DNA of 64,000 nt. Source: Octopus vulgaris. Lineage: Eukaryota. The stretch lies in contig OX597818.1 in the NCBI GenBank assembly GCA_951406725.2, positions 72,850,001-72,914,000 of the forward strand, read 5' to 3'. Positions 23,143-36,230 of the stretch are shown in pieces. Position numbers and translations under genes: made by a program. The notes under the pieces are model-generated. The model did no database searches. It was not told where the DNA came from and was given only the letters and a program-made list of their open reading frames with translations. The number at the start of each line of letters is the position of its first letter. Positions within the stretch are counted from its first letter, which is position 1.

Positions 23143-26111
23143 TTTGTAAAGTATCGTTGCAGTAAGTAAATGGGCAAATAGATTTCAATAGTTTTGTATT
23201 GGAAAATAACAAATGAGCATTCATATGCACATCTAACAATGGTACATTATATCCATAATGACTGTCTTTTATTCCGTTTGTTTTACTTCCCAATATATCT
23301 GATGGTTTGATATCCGTTAGAGTGAATTTTTCTGGATTGTAATAAAGAAAGAAATGCAAAATAATTTCAGGTTTTGTATTGGAAGTAGTTTTAGGAATAC
23401 AGAACAAAAATTGAGAGGAAAACTGCAACTTTGGTTATGATTACGTAGAATATTAATGAAGGAATAAAACATATATACCCTGTTCTTTCAACGAAATTAT
23501 TTCACTAAAATTTAGGACAGTGTATAAAAATATAAATGTTGATGTTTATATATAATTTTGTTCATGTCATTACTTTTACTAACCATATTTCAAAAGGATA
23601 AATTTTATGTGTAGGGGAAGTAGCAGTCGATAAATTATTTCGAGAAAATTAAAAGAGGTTTATGGTTTAGTTATCAGATTACGATATATTTCAAAATAAA
23701 ACCCGTTTATATATAATGGCTACACGATTTCATACAAATACTTTCATCTTTAACGATACTTGCCGTCTTCGTCGTCGACGTCTCTTTTACTTTGATAGCA
23801 GACGACATTGGACATATATGACGTTAGCTAAACTGAATTTCGTTCTGATTGATTAAATCATGTATAGTCCGAAAACTCGGTTTTCTGCAACTGTTCCTTT
23901 TACAAGCAACATTATCAGCGGGTCTTCCCATTAGAGTAGAAGAAACGGGATTATTAATACGCAAAACAATAGAAACGTCTAAACTTCCATGTGGAGATAT
24001 TGTCTTCCAAGATGAGGTTAAAACCAATTTGATAGAAGTAAACGTGGTTAGATATCGATGGTGGCTAATTTTTAAAGATTTTCTCGGTGAGCTCTTTGGT
24101 GCGATTTTCTGTTTCAACCGCAACATGACTTAGTGACTTTTTTATGGTGATATATCAACATTAGCACTGAAATTCTCTGTTGATATTATATTCAATTATC
24201 AGTAAATCTCTCACTGATATAAATAATATATAAAATGCAATTCAAGAAAGAGATTGCTGCAGATTAAAATTTCCTATTACGATATTCACTCCGCTTCCAA
24301 CCTTTTCGTATATCGCTTTATCTAAAACACCGTTCGTTTTTTAATTTTTTTTCTATGATGAATGTTCTTTCCGACAACTTAAATGCCATTAAAATCAATC
24401 AAGATTATCTAATAAGAACGATCTAAAATCATCTACAAGGAAAGATATGACTATAAATACGCTCTGTTTAAAGATGATTTCTCTACGATTTTACTTCTAT
24501 CATTAACAGATAGATTAGTGTTACGAATATAAAACAATTTTATAGAAGAGAGATCAAATTATTGTTACGGTAATTCTCATAAATAAATAGTTCTATACTT
24601 TACAAAATATATTCATGGTTTTAAAAAATATTTCTTTGGTGAAAATAATCCTATATTTAATATTGTGTTAAATAGACTAATATGTAAAGCAGTTGCTGAT
24701 GTAGACCTTTAATTGATTAGGAGAATAAAAATAATTAATGACAATCTAATAGAATAAGCAGCCTTCACTCACCTTAATACCTATCACTCACCAATCCACA
24801 AATTTTGAGCCACAAGAAATCCCTTGGAAAATTAAGGCGATTAAAACTATTTAAAGTGTGTTTGGACTAAACAATTAACAAACATTTAATCTGGATCAGG
24901 TTCTAAATATTTAAATCAAATATTCATTCGATCTAGACGAAAATGGTAAATGTAAATATTTTAATTTGGTCAATTGTAAATAGATGACCAATGATTTTCG
25001 TTCAGTTCAAAAAGATTTGGTATTAATTTTGGACAGAGAAAAGAATTACAGGAAAATCTATTTATATAATACATTTGGGAAAAATATTCGACAAAACTTT
25101 ATGAAAATATCTACAAACCATATAAACTGTAAGCATGTAATTGGTTAGTTGCTTACTAAAATCACCAAAGACGGATATTACAAACTATTTTCTACATATA
25201 GAGCATTTTACTGCGATCAAGCTGGGGCACTGCTATGAACATGTAGATTTTTAGAAACCCAGTAACTTAATTCCAGGAAGGGCTTCTCTAACTTTAAGTA
25301 AAGTTTTTTCTCAACAGTTTAAATAATGTTGTATTTCTTCAAAATTTATTTTGTGTTCCAAAGAAATATATGTATTAGTTGTAATGGAAATGCAAATTTG
25401 CAAAATTGAATCAAGATTTCACATCACTATAAAATCTTTAGTCGAGTTTTCACACAATCTTTCATATTAAAATATCAACTATTTTCTTTTTGCAATGCCA
25501 TCAAAATATGGATGTTGGCAGATGTCTAGTTCTCCTTCTGTATTCCTAAATACATACATATATATGTGTATAAGTATATATAACTGTATCGGGCTCCGGT
25601 CACTAACATTTGTTTTCAGTGAAGCATAAATATCCATCCACACGTTATGTTGTGTTCAGTTTACATCCACAATAGTTTCGTAAGTAAGGAAAGTTATCCT
25701 GTAGATATTGTCTTAGATCATTTCCTTCGATTGGTAATCTTGCAACATCAACTGATTATAGTATATTCAGTATAAGAACAATTTAGCTTCAAATATTTAG
25801 CTCTTCTTTCATTGATGCTGTCTTTCTGAAAGCAAAACAAATGTATAGATAAAATAGTATCCAGTGATATATTAAACAATGAATTTAATAAATATATTAT
25901 TCTAATGGAAATACATGCACAAAATGTTTATAAGAACGTGAAATAATTCAAACTAATATTTACTTGCTATTATTTATGATATTTATGTGCTTCGAAACCC
26001 AATTATAAAAAAATCATTAATTCTCAATTACTTCAAAGTTTATATATTCTTGTGACGTCTAATGCGCCCTATTCTCGCTGGCAAGAATAAACTTTATACA
26101 TATACTTGTCT

Positions 26112-26185
<74 letters not shown>

Positions 26186-26706
26186 GTATGTGCGTGTGTA
26201 TGAGTTATCCAGCGTACGAATATATGTATCACTATGTAATTAACTTTCATCTTTTGTACCAATCATTGGACTGAGGCCATGCTAGGGGACTACATTGAAA
26301 GCTTTAATCGACTAAAATCAAGAACAATACTGTCAACAAAGCAACATTGGTCATCAAGCACTCGTATATATGTGTGTATAAATATATAAATATGTATAGT
26401 AAAGAATACGGATAATATATCCAGGCGGTCACGGAAAATAGATGCAGGTGGTTACGGATAATAGATTCAAATGCATTGCATTATACAGAATAACTCTCCC
26501 CTAAATAAGATATAAAACTCTCAGAATCATTATACTCTAGTTAGCTTCCAAGTCTTCAGATTACATCACCTTGAATAAAGCTGCATGGGTTTATAAATAC
26601 GATGAAATGTGAAAGCAGCCAAACCGCCAGGATTCAAATGAGCGCCACTTAATAGGATATCGATGTAGCAGTAACACATGTTGGACATAGGTTTAAAGAG
26701 AATATA

Positions 26707-26779
26707 CTGTATAAAAGACTGTATGAGTCTAAACGAAGCTGCTCTGTATAAAAGACCGTATGAGTCTAAATGAAGCTGC
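26707..26779. repeat. 37-bp tandem duplication
   Basis: ctgtataaaagactgtatgagtctaaacgaagctgct followed by ctgtataaaagaccgtatgagtctaaatgaagctgc. Confidence 0.85.
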
Positions 26780-26917
26780 ACAGAAAATTATGCCCGATTG
26801 TATGTGCAGTGAAAACACGTGTATGTAGTAATAACCTTACAATATGGTTTATGAAATAGTAAAATAAAGAGATTTAAAATTTTGAGAATGAACATGTCTC
26901 AAAATTTAATATCGTCT

Positions 26918-26991
<74 letters not shown>

Positions 26992-27182
26992 CGTACAACT
27001 CCACATTATGGAACGCAAAGAAAACCAACAAAGATCTTTAAACATTTAAATCAAATGATATTAAAGTGAAGACACTAAAGTAACTGTACCGGTACAATAG
27101 TAAGGTTACAATTGCAACGGTTACTAATCGGTGCATTAGAAACATGTGTAGGTCTATTTGAAGCTGTATCTATATATATATA

Positions 27183-27411
27183 TCGGAGTAAATACATAAA
27201 TGTGAAACAAGGTGGTAAAAAGAGTACTCAAATACCAGTGGTAGATTAATATGCTTTATTTAAAGCAGCAGAAAATTCAACAAAACCTGTTACTCTGAGT
27301 TTCCCGTTGCCGTTCATCGGACAGCTTTTGCTAGAAAAAAATGTCCGATGAACGGCAACGGGAAACTCAGAGTAACAGGTTTTGTTGAATTTTCTGCTGC
27401 TTTAAATAAAG

Positions 27412-27413
<2 letters not shown>
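27183..27413 (-). mobile_element. Short Penelope-pLTR-like element with a perfect 70-bp inverted repeat; each arm carries a minimal hammerhead-like motif
   Basis: Arms 27254-27323 and 27342-27411, 18-nt spacer. Motif UGU CCGAUGA ACG-GCAA-CGG GAAA CUCAGAG UA ACA. (TA)n on both flanks. Confidence 0.65.
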
Positions 27414-27458
<45 letters not shown>

Positions 27459-27504
27459 GAATTAAAGTTTTTTTTTATTTAAACAAAGTAACCCTAAAAT
27501 TTAA

Positions 27505-27577
27505 TCAGCTTCATCAGGTGTCTTGGGGAAACTTCGAACGTGGATTCTCATTCCTAAGGTATTTTTCGATGTTGTTG

Positions 27578-27636
<59 letters not shown>

Positions 27637-27731
27637 GTTATTATTATGCCCGTGGGCATATGGCGTAGTCGTTAAGAGCGCAGCTACTAAGCCCAAGATT
27701 CCGAGTTCAATTCTTGGCAGTGACCTGAATA

Positions 27732-27813
<82 letters not shown>

Positions 27814-27995
27814 CAACAATTATAATATTAATAACAATAATAAGAACAACAACATCGAAAAATACCTTAGGAATGAGAACCCAGCTTCTAAATTTCCTCA
27901 AGACATCTGATGAAATCTGGAGGATATATCAGCCGAAACGTTGTGTCAACAACAAAAAAGATGAGGACAGATATCCGTCAGTTGTAAATAATGAA
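27505..27995 (+). mobile_element. tRNA-headed element with (AAT)n body and 3' hammerhead, preceded by an inverted partial copy
   Basis: A box tggcgtagtcg (27661), B box gagttcaattc (27703), (AAT)n 27730-27850, hammerhead 27902-27947. 27505-27645 is the reverse complement of the body. Confidence 0.65.
27902..27947 (+). ncRNA. Minimal type I hammerhead ribozyme
   Basis: GACAU CUGAUGA AAUCUGG...UCAGCC GAAA CG UU GUGUC. The inverted copy reads GACAC CUGAUGA AGCUG, which restores stems I and II. Confidence 0.65.
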
Positions 27996-28009
27996 AATAA
28001 TCTACCCAA

Positions 28010-28272
28010 ACATAAAGACGGATGAAATGCCGCCAAGCATTGTGCCTGGAGTGGTAACGATTCTGCTAGCTCACCGCCTTTAAAAATAATTTCAGATTTT
28101 GCCGCAGGGCCAGAAATTTCGAGAAAGAGGATAAGTCGATTATATTACTCCAGAGTACTAAGAGTGTGAAAGGCAAAGTTCACTCCGGGGGAATTTGAAC
28201 TTTGGCATAAACTCGAACGAAATGACGCTAAGCATTTTGGCCGGCCTGATGGGGATTATATCAGCTCGCCGG
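28010..28272 (-). mobile_element. SINE family C, two tandem degenerate pieces
   Basis: gacggatgaaatgccgccaagcatt...ctagctcaccgcc and gaaaggcaaagtt...ggaatttgaac...gctaagcatttt...agctcgccg. Confidence 0.6.
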
Positions 28273-28360
28273 CTTGTTAATGTTTAATAATAAAGCCTCA
28301 GTGAGGTACAAGCATTTGGCAGATTTATTGACAGATTGACAGTTTGGAAGTTTACCCTTC

Positions 28361-28495
<135 letters not shown>

Positions 28496-28970
28496 TTATG
28501 TGTGTATGTGAACATGTGTGTGTATGTGAACATGTGTGTGTAGCTTTTCTTTATTAAATCTGAAACTCGTCTCGAGATAAAGTTTCCGCTTCAGTTCTAA
28601 TAAAATAAAAAAAATTAATCTAATAGACCTATCCTCTAAGACTGTTCAACACTTGGTCGTATGTGGTGTAACGTTAGACTTCAAACTCATATGTGGCTAA
28701 CCAACATAGTAGCTTTACTTTTGTTCCTCAGTCAGAAAGAAGGTACTTGGTTATCACAGTGACTTTTAAAGTCGCGTTCAGTTCATTATGTCATATGGAC
28801 AGGGCATGAATAATTCGGTAAGGCACAATGCGTGTTAAAAACTACTGTCTGGCGTGCTTTTATCGCATAAAACATATCTTAGCACAAAAAAACATATATA
28901 GTGTTTATTAAATAATATTTCTCTCTCACCAGATGGAGTACCTTTTTTTCTTGATTTTACCAATAGTGAT

Positions 28971-29050
28971 GTAGTACGACCGTTTCAGGCGGCTCCAATT
29001 GAACAATGCAATCATTACATCAATTTAAATACAGAGCTATCTTCAGCTGC
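28971..29050 (-). ncRNA. Hammerhead relic
   Basis: Minus strand: GCAG CUGAAGA UA GCUC...GAGC CGCCU GAAA CGGUCG UA CUAC. Base of stem II is disrupted. Confidence 0.5.
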
Positions 29051-29299
29051 ACATATATACGGACCTTCAACAGCAAGGATACATTAATACAATAGCTGAT
29101 AAATCAAGACTCCAAAACTCTGCTTGAAAGACTCTCCTGTATTTTGCTGCTATTGAAAACACACAATGGATATGTTTACACTTTTATCATTTGCCCTCGC
29201 AGTCGATTGTGATCCCACCTCTTTCTGTCTTTCTTTTATTCTCCCTCTGTACACACACATATATACGTACACCGATACATACACTCATATCCACTGACA

Positions 29300-29348
<49 letters not shown>

Positions 29349-29380
29349 TATATATGTATATACATGTTTGTATGTATGTA

Positions 29381-29452
<72 letters not shown>

Positions 29453-30150
29453 TGTATATATATGTATGTACTTTTATCTGTAGGTATATACACACTTAAC
29501 TATGGAGGCAGATAAGTTAATGAGAGAAATAGTTCGTGACAGATGCTCGGCTATTTTGATATATTCTGTATAATAACACTAATTTTGGAGAAAATGATTG
29601 TTGTGTTAACGAAACATATAACATCCATTATTAAAAATATCCTGAGAGTATAGATCGATGAGAGTATCATCGGGAAACGTAAGAAACAACTTAACAGTCA
29701 TCTTCGCCCAAGGCACTGAATCTCTTCCTATATTAGATGTTATTTTTAGAATCTTAAATAGTATTAACGTCTGACACTATTATGAATTCTCCGGAGGCAA
29801 ACGTAATCATTACAGTTACATGAACATCTGTCTCTGTGGTCACTCAACCTTCTATACACGCGCAAGCACTCGTACAGTCAAGCAGTCAGGCGCACGCACA
29901 AGCAGACTCACAAGAGTAGATGCACACACAGAGGTCAAAATTCTTGTGAATAAGGAGCTATACAATTCAAGACATGGCAAATATAGCTGAGCAAAAATCT
30001 TTAGTTACACAAGACAGCGCTTTTAGTACAAAAATGGTAGTATAGGTGCTACCCTCTATCTAAATATAATATATGATATAATGTAATATAATATATTATT
30101 GTATAGTATAGTGCAATTTACTATAATTTGATATAATATAATATAGTATA

Positions 30151-30490
30151 TTCGGAGACCCCCTTCGGTCACGACACAGACCATGGGATTCCACCTAGAA
30201 AGTTACTCTCCTAGACACAAGTCCGGGCAAGGTTGTTTATGGAAGACCAGCAGTCGCCCATGCATACCAGCCTCCCCTCTCCACGCCACCAGTGTTATCC
30301 AAGGGAAAGACAAAGGTCGATACAGCTTGGCACCAGTGACGTCGCAACTCATTTCTACAGCTGAGTGAACCGGAGCAACGTGAAATAAAGTGCCTTGCTC
30401 AAGAACACAACACGCAGCCCGGTCCGGGATTCGAGCTCACAACCTCACGATCGTAAGCTCGACGCTCTAATCACTGAGCCATGCGCCTTC
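30151..30490 (-). mobile_element. Full-length tRNA-derived SINE (family D) with 12-bp target-site duplication
   Basis: Minus head ggcgcatggctcagtgattagagcg...gagctcgaatcccgg, then gttgtgttcttgagcaaggcacttt. TSD taatatagtata at 30139-30150 and 30491-30502. Confidence 0.85.
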
Positions 30491-30845
30491 TAATATAGTA
30501 TAATATAATATAATATATGTATATATATATATGTATGTATATATATTTATATATATATATGTTAATATCGAACAAGGAGAATAAGTGCTGATGGATATGA
30601 ATACTTTATCTATGTGTGAAGTCTATCATTGGTTTCATGTTAAGAGAAATCCTTTGACAATTATTAGGCCTGCCACATGGAACATCAGTGTTCGTGTCCA
30701 ACTTTTATTTATACCTGTGTTAATTAGTACTAAGTATCTTTTCGTGTGCACCCATTACTACTGATGATCATAATCCTAATTTTTATTTCATCGATTTCAT
30801 AGACTTATCTGTAACTGCTAAACTAATTTTACATTCACACACACA

Positions 30846-30910
<65 letters not shown>

Positions 30911-31206
30911 ACACACACACACATAATCAATTTTCGAGTTCAAGCGGAACGTACGCATCACACACAATACACTCCAGCGTTTCCCGGGTCGTTGATAACA
31001 ATAACACAACAACCAACTGGTATTGCGGTATATGTCTCTGATAGGAAACAAAATTGATATAAAATTGTACCAGTCAGTGACCATGATGTGTATCCCGAGC
31101 AATGGAGGGATACGCACGGTGAGTGTACTCATGTGTATGTGACATTAAGTTGCCCTCTCATAGATGCGTGCTGTTGTTGTCTTCACTAAGGTTATCAGGT
31201 CAGATA

Positions 31207-32105
31207 TTTGTTTTCCATCGCGCCACCCGTGTATAACACGGGTGGCGCGATGGAAAACAAAGTAAATGCTATAAAAATTAGGGAGATTGTAGCAAAATCC
31301 TTACGGACTTTGAAGTTATGGAATGAATAGTGAGTCTGAATATATACTAATAACGATAAGTAACTTCGCATAAGTCGGGTAGAATAAATAGGAAAATAAT
31401 AAAGGCGAGAAAAGTATGATAAACTTTTAGTCATAGTTTCACGTCTTTACCACAGAAATACAGGCTCTTACCGTGCTTAATCCTTGGGGAAATTTCATTG
31501 AATTTACACCTGAAAACGCTCGTTTGGCATTCCTGAGTCGTTTGCCGTCAAGAAAATCTACATGGATAAATCATTTTCGGTAGTAAAGCGATTACAGTTA
31601 TGCCAGAAGCACGGTTCACTCGACAATTTTCTGAAGACATTCACATTGGCAGTTTAGTTGTGGCACAAAGGCCATTATTGATGGAAAAATGTGCCAATAA
31701 TTGTTCCAAAAATCATGTTTTTTTATAATTTTCCGTTGACAAATAGAGTTTTGTGCATCACAAATGCACTTATAATACTCGTTGTACATTGCAGCATTTT
31801 TGCCACAAAAACTGTTAAAATTGGCAACGTAGATTAGAAGCCAATCCAAATATTGCCTGAAAATGACCTCAGAATTGTGCGATCTGATCTCGTTTTTCAG
31901 GTTATTCACGAAGAAAAAATGAGTTGTGCAAAAAGACGTACTTCATTTGGTGGCCAAAAGATTACTGAATCCTTTGATAACCCATACATCAAAATTGATA
32001 CCCCATACATCATATATACTCAGTTTTCAAATCCATAAGTAACATACGCGCTACACACATACAAACACACACACACACACAAACTCTGTTTTATATATAT
32101 ATATA
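31207..32105 (-). mobile_element. Probable non-autonomous Helitron-type element
   Basis: One end is (CA)n + aaactctgttttatatata, like 44930-44981. The other end has a cccgtgt-ata-acacggg hairpin. Confidence 0.35.
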
Positions 32106-32683
32106 TTCTACCTCCATCGCTCCACTCTTTTATGGTATATATTCTAAAATATATTTCATTAAATTTAAACCTTTACAACACATCAATTATACTATTCTCA
32201 AGTGTTATATTACTGATATGAATAATGAGGACACATATTTATATTCTTATTTATAATTGATTATATATAAGTTATAATATATGATATATTACGTATTTAT
32301 ATCATACATCCGGTATGAATTATGTATGTAATAATGGTACTTCCATATTTTTAATATTCTCTTATATGTACCTAAATACTTTTAAATTATCATTTTATTT
32401 TTCTTATAGTTTTTTTATCGTTTATATTACATTTTATCCTTTCGTTTTTTATGCTTTACATTTTTTATTGTATCTTCATTTATCTAATTATTTATCTGAT
32501 ATTGAAAGCTACTCATCATTTCTTCTTTTATTTGACACCCTTCTTGTCACTGTAATGATTTTTCCTATGTTAACTACTAACCTGAACAATCTACTACATT
32601 CTTCTGACTATTAGTACTCAGGGAATCACGAAGTGGCACGAACTGGGGTCATTTGGAATGTTTAAAATGTGTAATTCGTGTAT

Positions 32684-32769
32684 ATTCACCTGATGAAAAC
32701 GTTTTTTACATATGATGTAACATCTCTGTTTATCAATTAAAAATTTCCTTGGAAACAGCTATAGTGAAT
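32684..32769 (+). ncRNA. Type I hammerhead (candidate) in an AT-rich pLTR-like segment
   Basis: Perfect stem I AUUCAC/GUGAAU; CUGAUGA at 32690-96; GAAA at 32752-55; CAGCU-AUA (near-palindromic ACAGCUAU). Stem II is long and poorly paired. Confidence 0.6.
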
Positions 32770-33064
32770 GAACCATTATCCATCTGTTGTTATTTATTTA
32801 TTGTTCATCTTAAACAGAACCTGGTATTAGCGTGGATCCAGAGCCTATTAAGTGAAGTACAATTCATGCAGTGAGTGTTCCTTAATACAACCTTGAGACT
32901 TAGTATACTCAGTCAGGTGCAGTTAATCATATATACACCCGGAATAATTATTTCATTATACATTGGTATGTATTATAGGCGAATCACATTATGTAACCCG
33001 ACCTAGTGCTTTACCATTTAAGTACCTCATTCACTAGAATCCTGAACTCTTACGTTATTTTCTT

Positions 33065-33300
33065 CTTTTATTGTTTCACTTGTTTCAGTCATTTAACTGC
33101 GGCCATGTTGGAGCACCACGATTAGACCAATAAATAAAACCTAGGACTTATTATTCGTAAGCCTAATACATATTCTATGGATATATCTTGCCGAACCGCT
33201 AAGTGACGGGGGACGTAAACACACCGACGTCAGTTATCAAGCGATGCTGGGGAAATAAAAACACAGACATTAATAGAAATATACACATACATACATACCT

Positions 33301-33389
<89 letters not shown>

Positions 33390-33513
33390 ACGGGCTACTT
33401 TCAGTTTCCGTCTACCAAATTCACTCACAACGATTTGGTCGTCCCGTGGCAATAGTATATGATATAGGACCAAGGTGTCACGCAGTGGGATTAAACCACA
33501 CATCCACCCTGCG

Positions 33514-33516
<3 letters not shown>
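33065..33516 (-). mobile_element. SINE family A, degenerate
   Basis: cttgtttcagtcattt, gccgaaccgctaagt, ttcagtttccgtctaccaaat, cctgcgcc. Confidence 0.75.
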
Positions 33517-33570
<54 letters not shown>

Positions 33571-34524
33571 CATGTATATATCATGTAGTAGAATCGATAA
33601 AAATTATACTGTAAACTTTCTCCGAGGATTGGAAAATTCAATATTTTGGACACAGTGTTCTTATGCTGAAAGTTGAAAGAAGAGAAATTAACAAGGGACA
33701 GCTGAGTTTTGTATCCTCTAATTAAAAAAAAGTTGGCGATGCCAGTATCAGTGTGAGAACGAAGAAAGGAAGAATAATCGAGTGAAGAGTTTCTGGGAAA
33801 ATCATGAGTGAGATAAGCAGTAAATATTTGGTGAAAGATGGGCCTGAAGGATTAAAAGTGACTGAATGAACTAAGAAAAGATGTAAAAGTGGAAAGAATA
33901 GGTACATCATATCTGTTGATGACGTGAGGGCAAATTCGAATGTGAAACGTTGTTTCTTCTGTTCCCCTGAGAATGTGGCTATATGGTGTGCATGGATACC
34001 GCAAACCAATTAATGCGTGATGGAATTAGGCTGTTGTGTTGGAGTGAGGCAGGTTGGCCAGGCGTACGTAGTAGCATGCTTCGAAAATGTTCTCGAAAGC
34101 AATCAGCATGGCATCTGGCCTGTTTCCTCGCCATGAAGAACGCTGTAAATTTTGCGTATAATATATTATATAAGGTCAGACTATATGCAACTTAAGTTCT
34201 GAGTAATATGATATTGTGTCACAGGCGCAGTGATGGCTGTAGAATTATTAATGTTAGGGCAGCGTCAGCGAGCACATCTAGAAGTACCTGGCTGTGTGTG
34301 GATGGGTCTCCAACTGGCCAAACAACACAAATCTTTGTCATATTTTCGAACAGTGGAGTTTAGCATCACCACACAGCACAGAGCAATATCTGTGGATCGC
34401 TGTTTCCGGGTTATTTCACTTCCTCGGCACAAAATAACTGCCCAGCTGAGATGGCGCTGCTAAACTTCCGTTTGAAAATATATAGTTTTCAAAGTGATAC
34501 ACAATTACTGAGCTACAATCGCTG

Positions 34525-34712
34525 TACTTGTCTCTCCACCATCCCTTGACAACTAATGTTGGTGTGTTTACTTTCCCGTCACCGAGCGGTTCGGCAAAAA
34601 TAACCTATAGGCTTATAAAAAATATTTTCTGGAGTCAATTTCTTCGACTAAAACCCGTTATTGGCGGTGGTCCAGTATGGTCACTGACAATTGACTGAAA
34701 CATTTAAAAGAA
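34525..34712 (+). mobile_element. SINE family A, 3' half
   Basis: cttgacaac...gcggttcggcaaaa...tccagtatgg...tgactgaaaca. Confidence 0.6.
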
Positions 34713-35712
34713 TATGTATGTGAGTGTGTGAGAGAAAGAGAGAGCGTATGTGTGTGGTGGGGGGTGTTTATGAATTAATGTATGTATATAAGCGTGTGGC
34801 TGTTAGTACACTATTTAAGTGAAATTGTTCATGCATAAGATACGTTTTATGAATTTATTAAACTTACACGTGCAAGACTTTCATTTATGCATAATGCTGG
34901 TACAAACACACACGCATATACACACTTCCATCCACACACACATACAGTAATATATGATAGATGCACACACACGCGCACACACATACACAAACACACACAC
35001 TATGCCTGTTCTATTATATTTCTTTTAGTTTCTGTCCCATCTTCACTCGTACTCTATTTCAGTTTTATCTCTTACTATTTTCTACTATTTTCCTTCACTC
35101 TAGTACGTTTCATCTGGTCCTACATCGATGTCTATGGTATTAACCTCATCACAATTTCCTTCCCTCGTCGGCTACCTTTTCCACATGAGCTGTGTAATTC
35201 GTACGTCTCTATCATTACATTCTATTCACTTTTCTTCATTAGATTCCTTCTTTGACTTATTTACTCGTTTTGTTCGTCCTTGCCTTTAATTATTTTTCAA
35301 TATATTTACACATTTCACTGTATTGGTAAGCATCGATTTCACACAACTTCTCTCTAATTACTTTCTATCGATCCCTATCTCTAGATATGTCCTTTTATTT
35401 CAGCCATATCAGTCTCCGATTTCGTATCTCCCTTGTCTATTTTATCTGTATTTCATAATGTTTTATGCTTGAATAAGCTTATTTTGTTAAGATTTAGATT
35501 TATTATATTTTATCTTGTTCAGGCGATGTTTTATTAGGCTTTGTCGATTATATTACCGAAACGTTTGTTCCTTCACTTTAAAGGAATACATGTGTAAGAA
35601 TGCAAGAATACACACACTCGTAGACGCACGAATCACGTACACACAAACACACACGCACGCACACATACATACATACATACAAACATACATACACACACAC
35701 TCACACACATAT

Positions 35713-35762
<50 letters not shown>

Positions 35763-35772
35763 GTATATTTGT

Positions 35773-36130
35773 GAGGCGCAATGGCCCAATGATTAGGGCA
35801 ACGCGCATCGCGGTTTCGATTCCCAGACCGTGTCTTATGAGTGTTTATTGAGTGTAAGCACCTAAAGCTCCACGAGGCTCCGGCAGGGGGTGGAGTCGCA
35901 CCCTGTTGTACTCTTTCAACACAACTTTCTCTCACTCTTTCTGTTTCTGTTATACCTGCATTTCAAAGGGCCTGTCATATTCTGTGTCACGTTGAAACTC
36001 GCCGAGAACTACGTTAAGGGTACTCGTGTCTGTGGAGTGCTCAGCCTCTTGCACGTTAATTTCACGAGCACGCTGTTCCGTTGATCGGCTCAATTGGAAC
36101 CCTTGTCGTAACCAACGGACTGCCACGACA
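35773..36130 (+). mobile_element. tRNA-derived SINE family B
   Basis: gaggcgcaatggcccaatgattaggg...gcggtttcgattcccagaccg; homologous to 50849-51228 (-) and to the head of 57201-57507. Confidence 0.8.
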
Positions 36131-36131
36131 C

Positions 36132-36230
<99 letters not shown>

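Noticed and set aside
26400-26780. Short direct repeats as a CRISPR-like array
   Set aside because: Only 2-3 adjacent tandem units with no spacers, in eukaryotic DNA.
27654-27730. tRNA gene
   Set aside because: No acceptor-stem pairing or Pol III terminator; treated as a SINE head. The same applies to the other SINE heads.
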